This document shows positions 39,287-49,702 of a stretch of DNA of 64,000 nucleotides, piece by piece. The notes under the pieces are model-generated. The model saw nothing but the letters and a program-made list of their open reading frames with translations, made no database searches and was not told the DNA's origin. The stretch comes from a virus. Each line of letters opens with the position of its first letter. Within the stretch, counting starts at the first letter, position 1. Position numbers and translations under genes: made by a program. The stretch lies in the IMG/VR virus record IMGVR_UViG_3300037230_000036, positions 27,269 to 91,268 of that record; one strand, 5' to 3'.

Positions 39287-39312
39287 GAGGCGCCGCTTTC
39301 GGGCGGCGTTTC
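39287..39312 (+). terminator. Hairpin/terminator
   Basis: GAGGCGCCGCT-TTCG-GGCGGCGTTTC. Confidence 0.55.
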
Positions 39313-39326
39313 TCGTTGGGGGAGAT

Positions 39327-39475
39327 GCTGCGGGCCGGTCGCTTATCTCCGGCTCCCCACCTCGGGCTTTGCGCGTTCCCGCGCTTCAGGCTTTCGCCGA
39401 TCGTTATCAGAGACCGTTCTGGTCTGGGACTAACCCTGGGCCTTCGCAGGCGCGTAGCTTCCGCGCTCCCGCAGC
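39327..39475 (-). ncRNA. Candidate structured RNA
   Basis: Closing stem GCTGCGGG/CCCGCAGC encloses several hairpins in a non-coding gap. Confidence 0.35.
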
Positions 39476-39552
39476 GGTCCCGATATACCACAGCGCTCCG
39501 CCTATGTAACCCACTGTTGCCCCGAGCAGCCGGATTGTGATACACGGGCGGC

Positions 39553-41680
39553 ATGGACGGATGGATTTCCCTGACCCAGCGCAACGGCAGAGTGCCGCTG
39601 CATCTCCCGATCGAGTTGCTCGTGTTCTCGCCGATCGCGCGACACCAGGAACAGGGCTGCTTCGTTTATCTCGGCGGCGTGAAGATCGAGGTCTGCGAGA
39701 CCGAGGCCGAGATCAAGCGGCTCGTGGGGATCAAGTGAGCGACCGCTTCACGATCCCAGAGTTGCCGGCGATGGAGGCCGCTCGTAACCAAGCGCGCATC
39801 GAGGTCCGCGAGAAGATCGCAGCGATGATGCTGCGCTGTAGCCTCTCGACCGGGCATGGCGATACCGTCGACGAGCTTCTCGCCGAGTTGGAGCCGCAGA
39901 TCATGGCGATTCAGCGCAAGGCGCTAGAGCAAACTATCGCCACTCTGGGGATGCCATGCCGCACCTCTGCGCGCTGATCCCGAAGGAGGCCGCTGCCTCG
40001 TGACCGACATCTCCGACCACGACGTCGACAAACTGCGCCCCAACGGCTTCGCGCGGCAGCTCAGGGTACGAGCGACGCCGGAGGAGCACGACACCTTTAC
40101 GCGGGCCGCGAAACTGTCCGGGGTAAAGATAAGCTCGTGGGTGCGGATGGCGCTGCGGGCCGAGGCGTCGCGGCAACTGATGAACGTCGGGGAGAAGGCG
40201 CCGTGGGTGTGAGCGAGGTCGCATTACCGAAGAATGGCGATATCTGGCGCGAAGTCGATCCGCGCTTCGAGCGATTCGTCAGGATCGAGGCGATCTACAG
40301 TGGCCGGCGCGGCTACCAAATCCGTACCGTGACCCAGACCGAAGGGAAATGGTCTCCGGCGCCGCGGAGCCGCCTTTCCTACGCTGATGCCGAGCGCTTC
40401 AATGGCAAGCGTAGCGGGTACGAGTTCCACGAGTCTGCGCGACCCTGATGCAGACCGACCGGGACCTCGCCACGATCCTTGCCAAGGCGCGGACGCCCGC
40501 CGGGTTCTCCTGGGGTCCGCTCGCGTTTGAGATCGAGGCGGCGCTGTCCCGGTACGCGCACCTGCCGCGGACGAACCCGGCAACGCTGGGAACCTGGGAG
40601 GAGGGTCGCGCCGCTGGACCGCTTCGGTTCGATGGGACGATGAGCGGTGACCCTGTCGCGCCGTTTCGGATTGGCGATGGGCCCGGCGGTCTTGTGGCGG
40701 AGTGGGTAGGCGGCGAACTCGTGGTCCACGGTGCTGGCCGATCCATCCTCGCCCTGAAGCCGACCCAGACGGAGCGGCTGATGCGCTGGCTGCGGCCGAC
40801 GATCACTGCGGGGGCCGGCAACGGAACCGGCGGTCCGCTCGTTGCCCCGCCTGGCGACTGCGACTTCTGCGACCGGCGACGGCACTACAACTCGGCGGCG
40901 ATGCGGCAGAAGCGCGGGAAGACGAAGACCGGGCGGAAGCGTCGCGCGATCGCTCCAAAGGAGACCGACGATGCCGTCCGCTGAGATGCTGGAAGCTCCG
41001 CCAGCCGAAGCCCCCCTCGGCCCGACGTTCCAGGAGCGCGTCGACACCCTGGAAGCGGAGCGCGCCGGGCTCGCGCACGCCCTGTCGCAGCACGCGGCGG
41101 CGATCGACCAGACCAGCGGGATCGTCAACGAGATGCAGAAGGCGCTTCAGCGTCTCCTCCAGCAGCGTGCGGTCGCCGAGCAGCAGATGGAGCGGCAGAG
41201 CCGGTATTCCGCGCTCGACCTCGCGATCAAGGCGGCGGGCGAGCGGCCGGAGATCGATGCGATCACGGCGTTTGCTGGGGCATTTCTCGACTGGATGAAG
41301 GCGGGGACGCAATGATGGACGCGCTAGTCCGGCGCTGGTGCGAGCAGAATGAGCATGCGCCGGCCCCATGCGGTGGCTGCGGTTGCCGCGAGTGCTTCCG
41401 GGAGCGTCAGGAGCGGTTGCCGGACGCGCTGAAGGAGATGGTGCAGATACGTCCCGGCGGGGTCGTGTCGACCGGTCCCTCGACCGCGCTCGTTAACCGT
41501 TTCATCGACATCTACTGCGGCGGTCATGCGACCTACGAGGACGCTATGATCGCGCTCGTCAAGGGACTCGCCGCGATGGCGGACGCCGCGGTTCAGGCGC
41601 AGATCGAATGGGCCTGGCAGCAGCTGGCTCTCGGAGAACCGCGAGTTCGCCGTCGAGGCGAGCGAACTGGACCAGGCTGA
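39553..41680 (+). CDS. Seven small hypothetical genes between terL and portal (incl. RHH-like 40000-40212)
   Basis: Overlap-coupled ORFs; 40000-40212 has LRVRAT.EE..F.RAA...G..ISSWVR. Confidence 0.5.
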
Positions 41681-41760
41681 GGCGCAGACGGCGTAACCCG
41701 CCGCTGTAGCGCAGTCCTGCTTTCCTTCGACAAAAACGTCCTGTAGTTTCCTCGGCCAGC

Positions 41761-44013
41761 ATGGCCGACGGCGACCACACAGTCATTCTCCCGGGGCAGC
41801 GCCCCCCGACGATCGCCCGCAACGAAGGCGGGATGGCGGAACGATTGGGCGCGCCGCTCCGGCAGCGATTGCCGAATATCCCGATCCTCAGCGGCGACGG
41901 AACCGGTCCGGATGTCATCGTTGACGTCCGGGGCGAGGACGGCTCCGGGGTCGTGGTTGGCGATGACGGCACCGTCCAGGCAGAACTGCCACACGTTTTC
42001 GTCCGCGGCACCGGCACCCAGAACGACAATCCGGCCGACTTCGGCGAGAACCTGGCGCAGACGCTCGACGAGGGCGTCCTTTCGAACATCGCCGCGGAGG
42101 TGATCGAGGGCGTCGAGGCGGACCAGCAGTCCCGCACCGCCTGGGTCGAGCAGTATACGAAGGGCATCGACCTCCTCGCCCTCAAGATCGAGGATCCCGG
42201 TCAGCAGGGCGGCGGCTCCCGTGGGGTGTCCCGCGCCGGGCATACGCTCCTCATCGAGGCCATGGTGAAACAACAAGCTGCTGCTGGGGCCGAAATGCTG
42301 CCGGCGATGGGTCCCGTCAAGGTGCCGACGATCGGCGACTCCTCGGAGGACGAGGAGCAACGCGCCGCCGACCTCGCTGCCGACATGAACTATTACCTGA
42401 CCGATGTCGCGACCGAGTATTACCCCGACACCGAGTCGATGCTGATGCATCAGGCCTATTGCGGCATCGGCTACAAGAAGATCTACCGTGACCCGATCCG
42501 GCGGCGCCCGGTCAGCGAATCCGTGCTGGCCCCAGACATGATCGTGTCGGAGGAGGCCACCGATCTCGACTCCGCGCTCCGGGTCACGCATTCGATCCAG
42601 ATGCTGAAGGGGCAACTCCGCCGGATGCAGCTGGTCGGCCACTACCGCGAGATCGACCTCGGAATGCCGATGGGCGGGTTCGGGCTCGGCCGGCAGGCGC
42701 AGCAGGCCATCAACCGGAGCCAGGGCATCTCGAACACGGCGCAGCGGCCGCAGGATCAGCCCTACGAAATCTGGGAGACCGACACCGAACTCGACGTCGA
42801 CTACCTCGGGATCGATGGCCGCTTCGAACGGCAGACACCATGGGGGTTACCGCTTCCCTACAAGATCACGCTGGATCACCAATCCCGGCAGGTGCTCGGC
42901 GTCTGGCGAAACTGGCGCCCCGAGGACGCCCTCTATCAGCGTCGGAATATGTTCGTGAAGTTCGGGATGGTGCCCGGACTCGGCTTCCACTCCTGGGGCT
43001 TCCTGCAACTCCTCGGCAACCAGACCCGGACCCTGCGCGCAATCCTGCGGCTGATGATCGATTCCGGGATGTTCTCGAACTTTCCCGGCGGGGTGAAATT
43101 CAAGAACGCGAGGACCGCCACCAACGAGATCGCGCCGCGGCCCGGCGAGTTCGTCGACATCGACGCCGTCATGGGGCCAAACGCTGACATCTCGAAGCTC
43201 TGGATGCCGCTGCCGTACAAGACGCTGGACCCCGTCTTCGTGCAGTTGGCGGAGCAGATCAAGAACGATGCCAAGAGCCTCGGCGCCACGGTCGATCTCG
43301 AGGTCGGCGAGGGTCGCACCAACATGCCGGTCGGCACCGTGCTCGCGATGATCGAGCAGCAGGTGCAGGTCATGGCGGCGGTCCTGAAGCGGAACCACCG
43401 CGCGCAGAAGCAGGAACTCCACAAGCTCCGCGAGCTCTTCGCCGAGAACCCGAGCGACCTCTCGACGATGTGCCGGGGTCGTCCGCAGGCGTCGAACGGC
43501 GAACCCCGGATGTGGCAACTCGCCGAGGAGTTCATGGACCTCGATTTGTCGCCGGCCTCGGACCCCAACGTGCCGTCGCGGGTGCATCAGATCATGGCCG
43601 CCAACATCGCGCTCCTCATCGGACAGCAGGCCGGCCCGCTGGTCGACATGACCGAGATTCTCAAAGACGCCTTCCGTGCGATCGGCCGCGACCCCGCCCG
43701 GTACGTCGTGCAGCCGGCACAGGGGGCTCCGGCGCCGCCGCCACCACCGCCGGATCCCAAGATCGTGGCCGCAACCATCACTGCGCAGCAGAAGCAGCAG
43801 CAGGAGATCATGGAGACCCAGGCGCAGCAGCAAAAACTAGAGGTCGACCGCGAGAAGATGGCGGCGCAGGCCAGCGAGGCCGCTGCGGGGAACGAGACCG
43901 CGCTCGAAATCGCCCGGACAAAGGCTGCTGCCGACACCGCGCAGCCCTATCACGAAGCAGCTGCCGCACCGCAGCCGGCCAACAATCCGTTGGGATCCCT
44001 GGGAGAGCTTTGA
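41761..44013 (+). CDS. Portal protein (P22-like)
   Basis: 750 aa; AADMNYYLT, GIGYKKIY, LIDSGMFSNFPGG, NMPVGT, PASDPN and Gln-rich barrel tail. Confidence 0.9.
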   Translation: MADGDHTVILPGQRPPTIARNEGGMAERLGAPLRQRLPNIPILSGDGTGPDVIVDVRGEDGSGVVVGDDGTVQAELPHVFVRGTGTQNDNPADFGENLAQTLDEGVLSNIAAEVIEGVEADQQSRTAWVEQYTKGIDLLALKIEDPGQQGGGSRGVSRAGHTLLIEAMVKQQAAAGAEMLPAMGPVKVPTIGDSSEDEEQRAADLAADMNYYLTDVATEYYPDTESMLMHQAYCGIGYKKIYRDPIRRRPVSESVLAPDMIVSEEATDLDSALRVTHSIQMLKGQLRRMQLVGHYREIDLGMPMGGFGLGRQAQQAINRSQGISNTAQRPQDQPYEIWETDTELDVDYLGIDGRFERQTPWGLPLPYKITLDHQSRQVLGVWRNWRPEDALYQRRNMFVKFGMVPGLGFHSWGFLQLLGNQTRTLRAILRLMIDSGMFSNFPGGVKFKNARTATNEIAPRPGEFVDIDAVMGPNADISKLWMPLPYKTLDPVFVQLAEQIKNDAKSLGATVDLEVGEGRTNMPVGTVLAMIEQQVQVMAAVLKRNHRAQKQELHKLRELFAENPSDLSTMCRGRPQASNGEPRMWQLAEEFMDLDLSPASDPNVPSRVHQIMAANIALLIGQQAGPLVDMTEILKDAFRAIGRDPARYVVQPAQGAPAPPPPPPDPKIVAATITAQQKQQQEIMETQAQQQKLEVDREKMAAQASEAAAGNETALEIARTKAAADTAQPYHEAAAAPQPANNPLGSLGEL

Positions 44014-44014
44014 T

Positions 44015-44482
44015 ATGCAGGAAGCCGCCGTCATCGAGAGGACATCCCCGCAACCGCTGCGACCCGCCGTGAGTGCGTGGCGGCTCCGCATCCGTGACCT
44101 CAGCCGCCAGATCGTCGAGACGATCCAGGCGGAAGCCGAGCCGGAGGCCGCCTATGCTGCGGCCCGCGAGGCTGCGGAGGATGTCACCCATGCGACGAAG
44201 GGATGGCTGCGCGCCGATTACGGCTGCACCTTCGACCGGCTCCTCGACGGCACCGCGGTGCCCCACATGAACACCCACGACGCCGCCGGGGTGCTGAAGC
44301 TGCTCGCCGCGCATCCGGGGGCGACGCTTGCCGAGTTGTCGATGGCTTTCGCCGACCGGCATGACGCCGCGACGATGATCGGCATCCGCAATGCCCTGAC
44401 GGCGCTCGTGCTGAGCGGGAAGGTCCGCTGTGATCGCCACACCTTCGCCAACCGGAACAAATACTTCGTTGCCCACTCCTGA
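44015..44482 (+). CDS. Hypothetical protein with wHTH-like C-terminus
   Basis: Follows portal; HPGATLAELS..IRNALTAL..GKV. Confidence 0.45.
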   Translation: MQEAAVIERTSPQPLRPAVSAWRLRIRDLSRQIVETIQAEAEPEAAYAAAREAAEDVTHATKGWLRADYGCTFDRLLDGTAVPHMNTHDAAGVLKLLAAHPGATLAELSMAFADRHDAATMIGIRNALTALVLSGKVRCDRHTFANRNKYFVAHS

Positions 44483-44794
44483 GATCGCCCAGCTGCGCCG
44501 CGAGGAGGATTTCAAAGACCTCGCGAACAGCATCGCCGATGCCGCGATCTATGTGTTCCTGTCGGAACCCCGGATCACCGGGCCGATCAAGGCCGAGGCT
44601 GTCCGCGTCGCCGCCGAGCGCTTCGGGCATCGGTTGCCACGGGGAATGATCGAGCAGATCGTTCAGGCGACGATTTCGGCCGAGCTGCTGCACCGGCGCG
44701 AGCAGGCAGCGGCCCGCGACGCGGAGATGAAAAGGCGGGCTGACGGCTCCGGTTCTTCCGTGTTACGTTCGCGGCGCATTCGAGGAGGTCGACG

Positions 44795-45700
44795 ATGGCG
44801 TTCCAGCGCGAAAGTGAATCTCGCAAGCGGGCGCGGCGTGTTGTGGCTGCTACCGGACATCACCTCGGCAAGCTAGGCGGCCACATGCGCAGCCACCCGG
44901 ACGCTGCCGAAGACAAGGAACTCATCGATCACGAGCTGCGCGAAGCTTTCAAAGAACATGACGATCAGTTGCATTCCGGGAAAAAGACCAGACTCCGCCT
45001 CGCTGCGGGCGGTTCCGCAGAAGGGGACCCATCGAAACGCCGAGGGGACCGTAGTGCGCGTGGCAAGGAGCACGGCAGAACCAATGTGAATGTCATCGTT
45101 GCCCCGCGACCCGAAGGTGGTGGCGGGATGCCGATGCCGATGGGAGGCGGTGCGCCGCCCCCGATGCCGCCGCATCCGATGCCGGCCGGGCCTCCGCCGA
45201 TGCCGCCGGGTGGTGGCGGGATGCCGCCGGGGATGCCGGTTGGCGCCGGCCCGATGCCGCCGCGACCGCCGATGGGGATGCCGCCTGGAGCGCCTCCGGG
45301 CGGGATGCCGATGCGAAAAGCCGGTGGCCGCACCAGCCACAAGCACAAGGACATCGGGGGGCCGACAACGGGGCAACCGATGACGCCGCCGCAAGGGGGC
45401 CAGCAGCTGACTCCGCAGCAGATTCAGCAGATGCAGGCGCGCCGCGCGCAGATGCAGGGTGCCGGCGGCGGCGGAATGCAGCCCGGCATGGGGATGCCAG
45501 GAGGCGGGATGCCCGGCGGAAATCCGCCGACCGGGGGAACCGCTGGACCGATGGCGAAGAAAGGTGGCCGCGCCCGTCATGCGGAGGGCGGTCGCGCCGG
45601 TCGCCCGCACATGGAAGCGGGGGAAGGTTCCGGGGAAGGCCGCGCCGAGCAGTCGCGGCAGGTCCACTACGGTGAACGCGGCGGCCGCGGGAGGGCATGA
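44795..45700 (+). CDS. Pro/Gly/Met-rich low-complexity protein with xxGG motifs
   Basis: GAGGAGG RBS; poly-PPGM tracts. Confidence 0.65.
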   Translation: MAFQRESESRKRARRVVAATGHHLGKLGGHMRSHPDAAEDKELIDHELREAFKEHDDQLHSGKKTRLRLAAGGSAEGDPSKRRGDRSARGKEHGRTNVNVIVAPRPEGGGGMPMPMGGGAPPPMPPHPMPAGPPPMPPGGGGMPPGMPVGAGPMPPRPPMGMPPGAPPGGMPMRKAGGRTSHKHKDIGGPTTGQPMTPPQGGQQLTPQQIQQMQARRAQMQGAGGGGMQPGMGMPGGGMPGGNPPTGGTAGPMAKKGGRARHAEGGRAGRPHMEAGEGSGEGRAEQSRQVHYGERGGRGRA

Positions 45701-46360
45701 TGGGAGTCCACACCAATCTCGATCCGATCACCGGGGGATGTCTTGATTGCGGCGCGCGGCGGGAGGAGATCGACGACAACCTGTTTCCGGTCTGCGAGAA
45801 GGTCGTCGGTCCGCATCGGCTCGCCATCATCGCGCTCGGACGGATTTTGCGCGAACGCCAGGGATCGGCGTACCGCATGCGACGGGCCGCAGAAGCGAGT
45901 GAGAACGCGGCAGTCGAATATTCGCGCGCATCGCGCCGGTCTCACGCCGAGGCCGAGGCAATCGCGGCGAGCGCGGCGATGTTGCGCTCACTATCGCCGC
46001 AGCCGGAATCGCCCTCACGGGTAATGCAGCGCGCCGCCGATGCGATCCTCGATCCCCCGCGTTCGTAGCGTCCGCTACAAGGACGGTCGCGCCCCGGTCA
46101 TCGGGGTTATCCGGGCGCCGGACCCCGCCATTGGTCTCGCCCGTGCCCGCGATTTTTTCGAGCAAACCCTGGAAGCGCATGGTGACTGCCGGATCGGCGC
46201 AATGGCGTTGGTGATCTGGGACCACCAGTTCAACGCAACAACGTTTCTTGGCTCCGCCTCGCACTTCCCGGCGGCGCCGGCGATGCTGCCGGACATGGCA
46301 AAGGCGGCCCTCCAGACGCACCGGATCAGATCGTTGGCCCGCGACGTTTTCAATGATTGA
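45697..46360 (+). CDS. Two hypothetical genes (45697-46068, 46040-46360)
   Basis: Coupled ORFs. Confidence 0.45.
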
Positions 46361-47346
46361 CGATGGAGATCGATATGGACGGCGAAAACGAAGGTCAGAC
46401 GAGTTATCAGCAGCCCGCGCCTGAGCTACCGCCGACGGACCTTCGTCCGGTCGACCCTCCGCTACCCGAAGGCACAAATGGTGGCGATCCGGTGTACCAG
46501 CCGCAGAACGCCAGCAACCCGGAGTACGGCTCTCCCCTGCAGCCCGTGGAAGGGGAGACCGAAATGCGGTACACCGGCCTCGCCGAGCTGAAGGCTGAAG
46601 GCGGCGACCGGGCGACCGATCCAGACGCCGATCCGTCCTACGGCCAACCCGCGCCGGACGCCGATCCGCGCGTGGACGCTGCCGCGGCGGATATCTCGAA
46701 GCGCATGACCGTGCTGATCAACAATGCTTCGGCTTTTACGGCTCAAGCCGCTCTGACCCGACCGGCGATCGACAAGGCCGTGACGATCGCGGACGAGGCG
46801 ACTACCGCGGCGGTTTCGGACGTCAGCGCCGCGCAAACTGCGGACACCGCCGCGAAGGCGGCTCACGACGCCGACGCTCACGATGCCGATTCCCTTGCGG
46901 AACTGGCGACGGCGGCCGCGACCAAGGCCAGCGCGATGGGCGAGGCGGCGGCGAAGGCATCGGCTTCCGTTGCGGCGGCCACGGCCTATGACTCAGCGAT
47001 GGCGACCGCGCTTCAGACCGCGATCGACGCCCGCACCACCCAGGCGGACGCTGACGCCGCGCTGGCAGCCAACTCTCCGGACGCCGCCCCCAAGCAGATC
47101 GCCGCCGATGCTGCGGCGGCTTCGGCACTTACCGCCGGGGAGGCTGCGGGCAAGGCCTCTGCCGACGCGAATGCCGCGGCCCAAAGCGCCGCCGAAGCAT
47201 TGGAAGCGGCTCGGGCGCCTGCGCAGTCGGCGCTTGGCAGCGAGTACCGCACCGCCTTTGCTGAACTCAAGGCCTGGACGCGCCGCGAGATCGAGCTGGC
47301 GACCGCCGGCCACTCTCGCGAGACCCGAGAAGTCATCAACAAATAG
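46357..47346 (+). CDS. Ala-rich protein containing a 15-aa capsid-derived peptide
   Basis: EMRYTGLAELKAEGG is identical to the major capsid; Ala-rich coiled coil. Confidence 0.65.
   Translation: MTMEIDMDGENEGQTSYQQPAPELPPTDLRPVDPPLPEGTNGGDPVYQPQNASNPEYGSPLQPVEGETEMRYTGLAELKAEGGDRATDPDADPSYGQPAPDADPRVDAAAADISKRMTVLINNASAFTAQAALTRPAIDKAVTIADEATTAAVSDVSAAQTADTAAKAAHDADAHDADSLAELATAAATKASAMGEAAAKASASVAAATAYDSAMATALQTAIDARTTQADADAALAANSPDAAPKQIAADAAAASALTAGEAAGKASADANAAAQSAAEALEAARAPAQSALGSEYRTAFAELKAWTRREIELATAGHSRETREVINK
46559..46606 (+). repeat. 48-bp exact direct repeat of capsid gene 52312-52359
   Basis: CCGAAATGCGGTACACCGGCCTCGCCGAGCTGAAGGCTGAAGGCGGCG at both sites. Confidence 0.95.
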
Positions 47347-47372
47347 CGCCGCCCTACGCCGATTTGTGATAC

Positions 47373-47408
47373 AAAGCCCCGGTCTGAACAAACCAGATCG
47401 GGGCTTTT
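47373..47408 (+). terminator. Strong hairpin immediately before the diGly gene
   Basis: AAAGCCCCGGTCTG-N7-CAGATCGGGGCTTT(T), ending 3 nt before ATG 47412. Confidence 0.55.
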
Positions 47409-47411
47409 CAC

Positions 47412-47636
47412 ATGGCAGGCAAAATCTACAAACTCGACCACACCGGCCACGGCGTTTTGACCGAGTGGAAGGACAAGCCGAAGGAGATCGCTGCGGCGGC
47501 TCAGATTTTCGGCGAGTTGCAGAAGGCCGGCAACCTGCTGGTCACGATCCCCGACGATGGCAGCGACGGCGAGGTCGTCGAGACCTTTCGGCCCGATGCC
47601 GAGATGCTGATGGTGCCCGCGCTGCAAGGGGGCTGA
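47412..47636 (+). CDS. Putative ubiquitin-like (beta-grasp) protein ending in Gly-Gly (module 2)
   Basis: 74 aa; LDHTG; beta-beta-alpha-beta-beta-beta pattern; C-terminus MLMVPALQGG* resembles MoaD/ThiS/SAMP tails. Confidence 0.7.
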   Translation: MAGKIYKLDHTGHGVLTEWKDKPKEIAAAAQIFGELQKAGNLLVTIPDDGSDGEVVETFRPDAEMLMVPALQGG

Positions 47637-47639
47637 ACC

Positions 47640-48560
47640 GTGGCGCTCCCGAGAACGTGGGAAGGACTGGCGCGGTATCTGCGGGCACCGGATGTGCCGC
47701 CTGTTGTCGGTGTCCTACGCAATGAATCTGATCGTCCTCCAGCCGTTGACATGCGGGCGGCTGTGTACACCGAGCGCGATATCAGGCGGATGTATGAAGG
47801 CTTGCCCGAGGGTGCCGTCATTAACCGCTCGTGGACGACGGTGTACCGTCGCGATCCGGCGCAGCGTAGTACCGACGCTGAAGTGGGACGGATCGAGAGT
47901 GTCGACGAGACGCTCGCCATGCAGCAGACGACGCAAGCGCTCGAACGATGCAACCGGGCATTGATGCAGGCCAGCGCCATGCCCATCGAGTTGCTGTCAG
48001 GTATCCGGAACGGAGTCGGCATCGCTGAGGAGATCGTGCGCGAAGGCGCTCGCCGGCTTGAGATGATGGCAGCGCGGGCTACTATAGACGTCATTCTGGC
48101 CCCTACGAGCGCGGCATCCCGTGACCGCGCCCGGTCGCTCCTGCTCCGCTTTCTCAAGCCGGAGCAGCGCGAGCAGCACGGCAAGACCGGCGCGTTCGAT
48201 CATCTCGGAAAGTACGGCACCTACACGCTTCGGCTCGGTCGCAGCTACAATGTTCGGTTCGAGCCAAAGCCCGGCGCCGCGGCATCCGTGGAAGATGAGA
48301 AGTACCATTCCGCCGCTGTCCTCTGCGCGATCCCCGCTGGTGCTGGCGAGATGCCGGTCGAGGACATTCTGATCGCGCAGCTGCTGTGGCTGCGGCGCGA
48401 CGAGGATGACTTCTGGTGGCGGGCAAATAGGGGGCCCGGCGAGATGATTGAACTCGATGCGCCGGGACGCACGGCATGGCAATGGCGTGAGTGGTGTCGT
48501 GCGGCGCGCGAGCGGGGCGAGTTCTTCATCATCGATGATCCGCAGACGCCAACCGAATGA
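47640..48560 (+). CDS. Cys-motif partner of diGly protein (module 2)
   Basis: ARSLLLRFLKPEQ..LCAIP..MPVEDILIAQLLWL..DE..F...AN. Confidence 0.65.
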   Translation: MALPRTWEGLARYLRAPDVPPVVGVLRNESDRPPAVDMRAAVYTERDIRRMYEGLPEGAVINRSWTTVYRRDPAQRSTDAEVGRIESVDETLAMQQTTQALERCNRALMQASAMPIELLSGIRNGVGIAEEIVREGARRLEMMAARATIDVILAPTSAASRDRARSLLLRFLKPEQREQHGKTGAFDHLGKYGTYTLRLGRSYNVRFEPKPGAAASVEDEKYHSAAVLCAIPAGAGEMPVEDILIAQLLWLRRDEDDFWWRANRGPGEMIELDAPGRTAWQWREWCRAARERGEFFIIDDPQTPTE

Positions 48561-49199
48561 GCCGCACCAAGATCACCGCCGACATTCCGGCGGACGCCAC
48601 GAAAGAGCGGCGGACCGCGATCGTTGCTGGCGCGTACCAGGCGGCGCTGTCGATAGCGTCGTCCGATCCAGAGGTGCGGCTGCGGATGATTCTCGGCGAG
48701 GCGTATCAACGTTACTCCGAGGTGTTTGTCTGGATGGCCCGCGAGATCGCCAAGGACGAGGAGCGCGCGCCGGGTCTCATCGCTCTTGCGAAAACGTGGA
48801 GCTCCGACAGGCGGCCGCTTCTGGTGGGATATCCGGATTTTATGGCCGAAGCCATCGGCGCGGTGCAGCAGATGCTGATCGAGGACGCCGCCGTGCTCTT
48901 GCGCGAAAAGCCGTTGGTCGTGGCGTTGCCCCCCGCAGAGCCGATCGCCGATGGCTGACGACGATTACGACCTCGGCGATGGCTGGACGCGCTTCGCCCG
49001 CAGGCTGAGAGAACAGCGCGAGGAATACGCCGGGCTTGTCCTCGCCGGCGGCTTGGAGCCCAACGAATACGCCGCTACCTGCGCCCGCGTCCGCCAGATC
49101 GACGACACGATTGCCCTCATTCACGACATCCGTTCCGGCGGCGATCGGGCGAAGAAACCGGGGCGTCTGGTGCTCCCCGAGGAGAACGGTCCGGAATAA
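48557..49199 (+). CDS. Two hypothetical genes (48557-48958, 48951-49199)
   Basis: Coupled ORFs before the GroES-like gene. Confidence 0.5.
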
Positions 49200-49285
49200 C
49201 ACACAACTTCGCTGTTCAAATCGTCGTTGACGCGAACAGCGGCTTATCGGATATTCCACCGGAAATTTGTACAATCCGGTGGTCA

Positions 49286-49702
49286 ATGGCCGAAATCGCC
49301 AGCCAAGCCCTCCAGCTAAACCTGGGGAACGATCCGGCCTCCGCCATTCGGCTGCAGGTCGCGAACTTCCTTGACGGCATCGAGATCGGCGGCGAAGACC
49401 TGCTGGTCGGCATCTTTATCCCGGATGCGAACGCCAAGACCGCCGGCAACATCATCCTGCCCGAGCAGTACCTCAAGGAATACCGCTGGCAGGGGACCGC
49501 CGGCCTCGTCTTGAAGATCGGGCCGCTCGCCTACAACACCGAGGAAACGAAGGACTGGTACGCCAAGGCACCCGCCGTTGGCGACTGGGTCATGTTCGAC
49601 GTGAAGACGGGGCACCAACTCCTCCTCGGTAAGCAGCCCTGTCGGCTGGTCCCGGCCCGCTACATCCTCGGCAAGCTCGCCAACCCAATGCTGGTGTTCT
49701 GA
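49286..49702 (+). CDS. GroES-like co-chaperonin
   Basis: KTAGNIILP, GLVLKIGPLAY and VGDWVMF motifs. Confidence 0.75.
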   Translation: MAEIASQALQLNLGNDPASAIRLQVANFLDGIEIGGEDLLVGIFIPDANAKTAGNIILPEQYLKEYRWQGTAGLVLKIGPLAYNTEETKDWYAKAPAVGDWVMFDVKTGHQLLLGKQPCRLVPARYILGKLANPMLVF

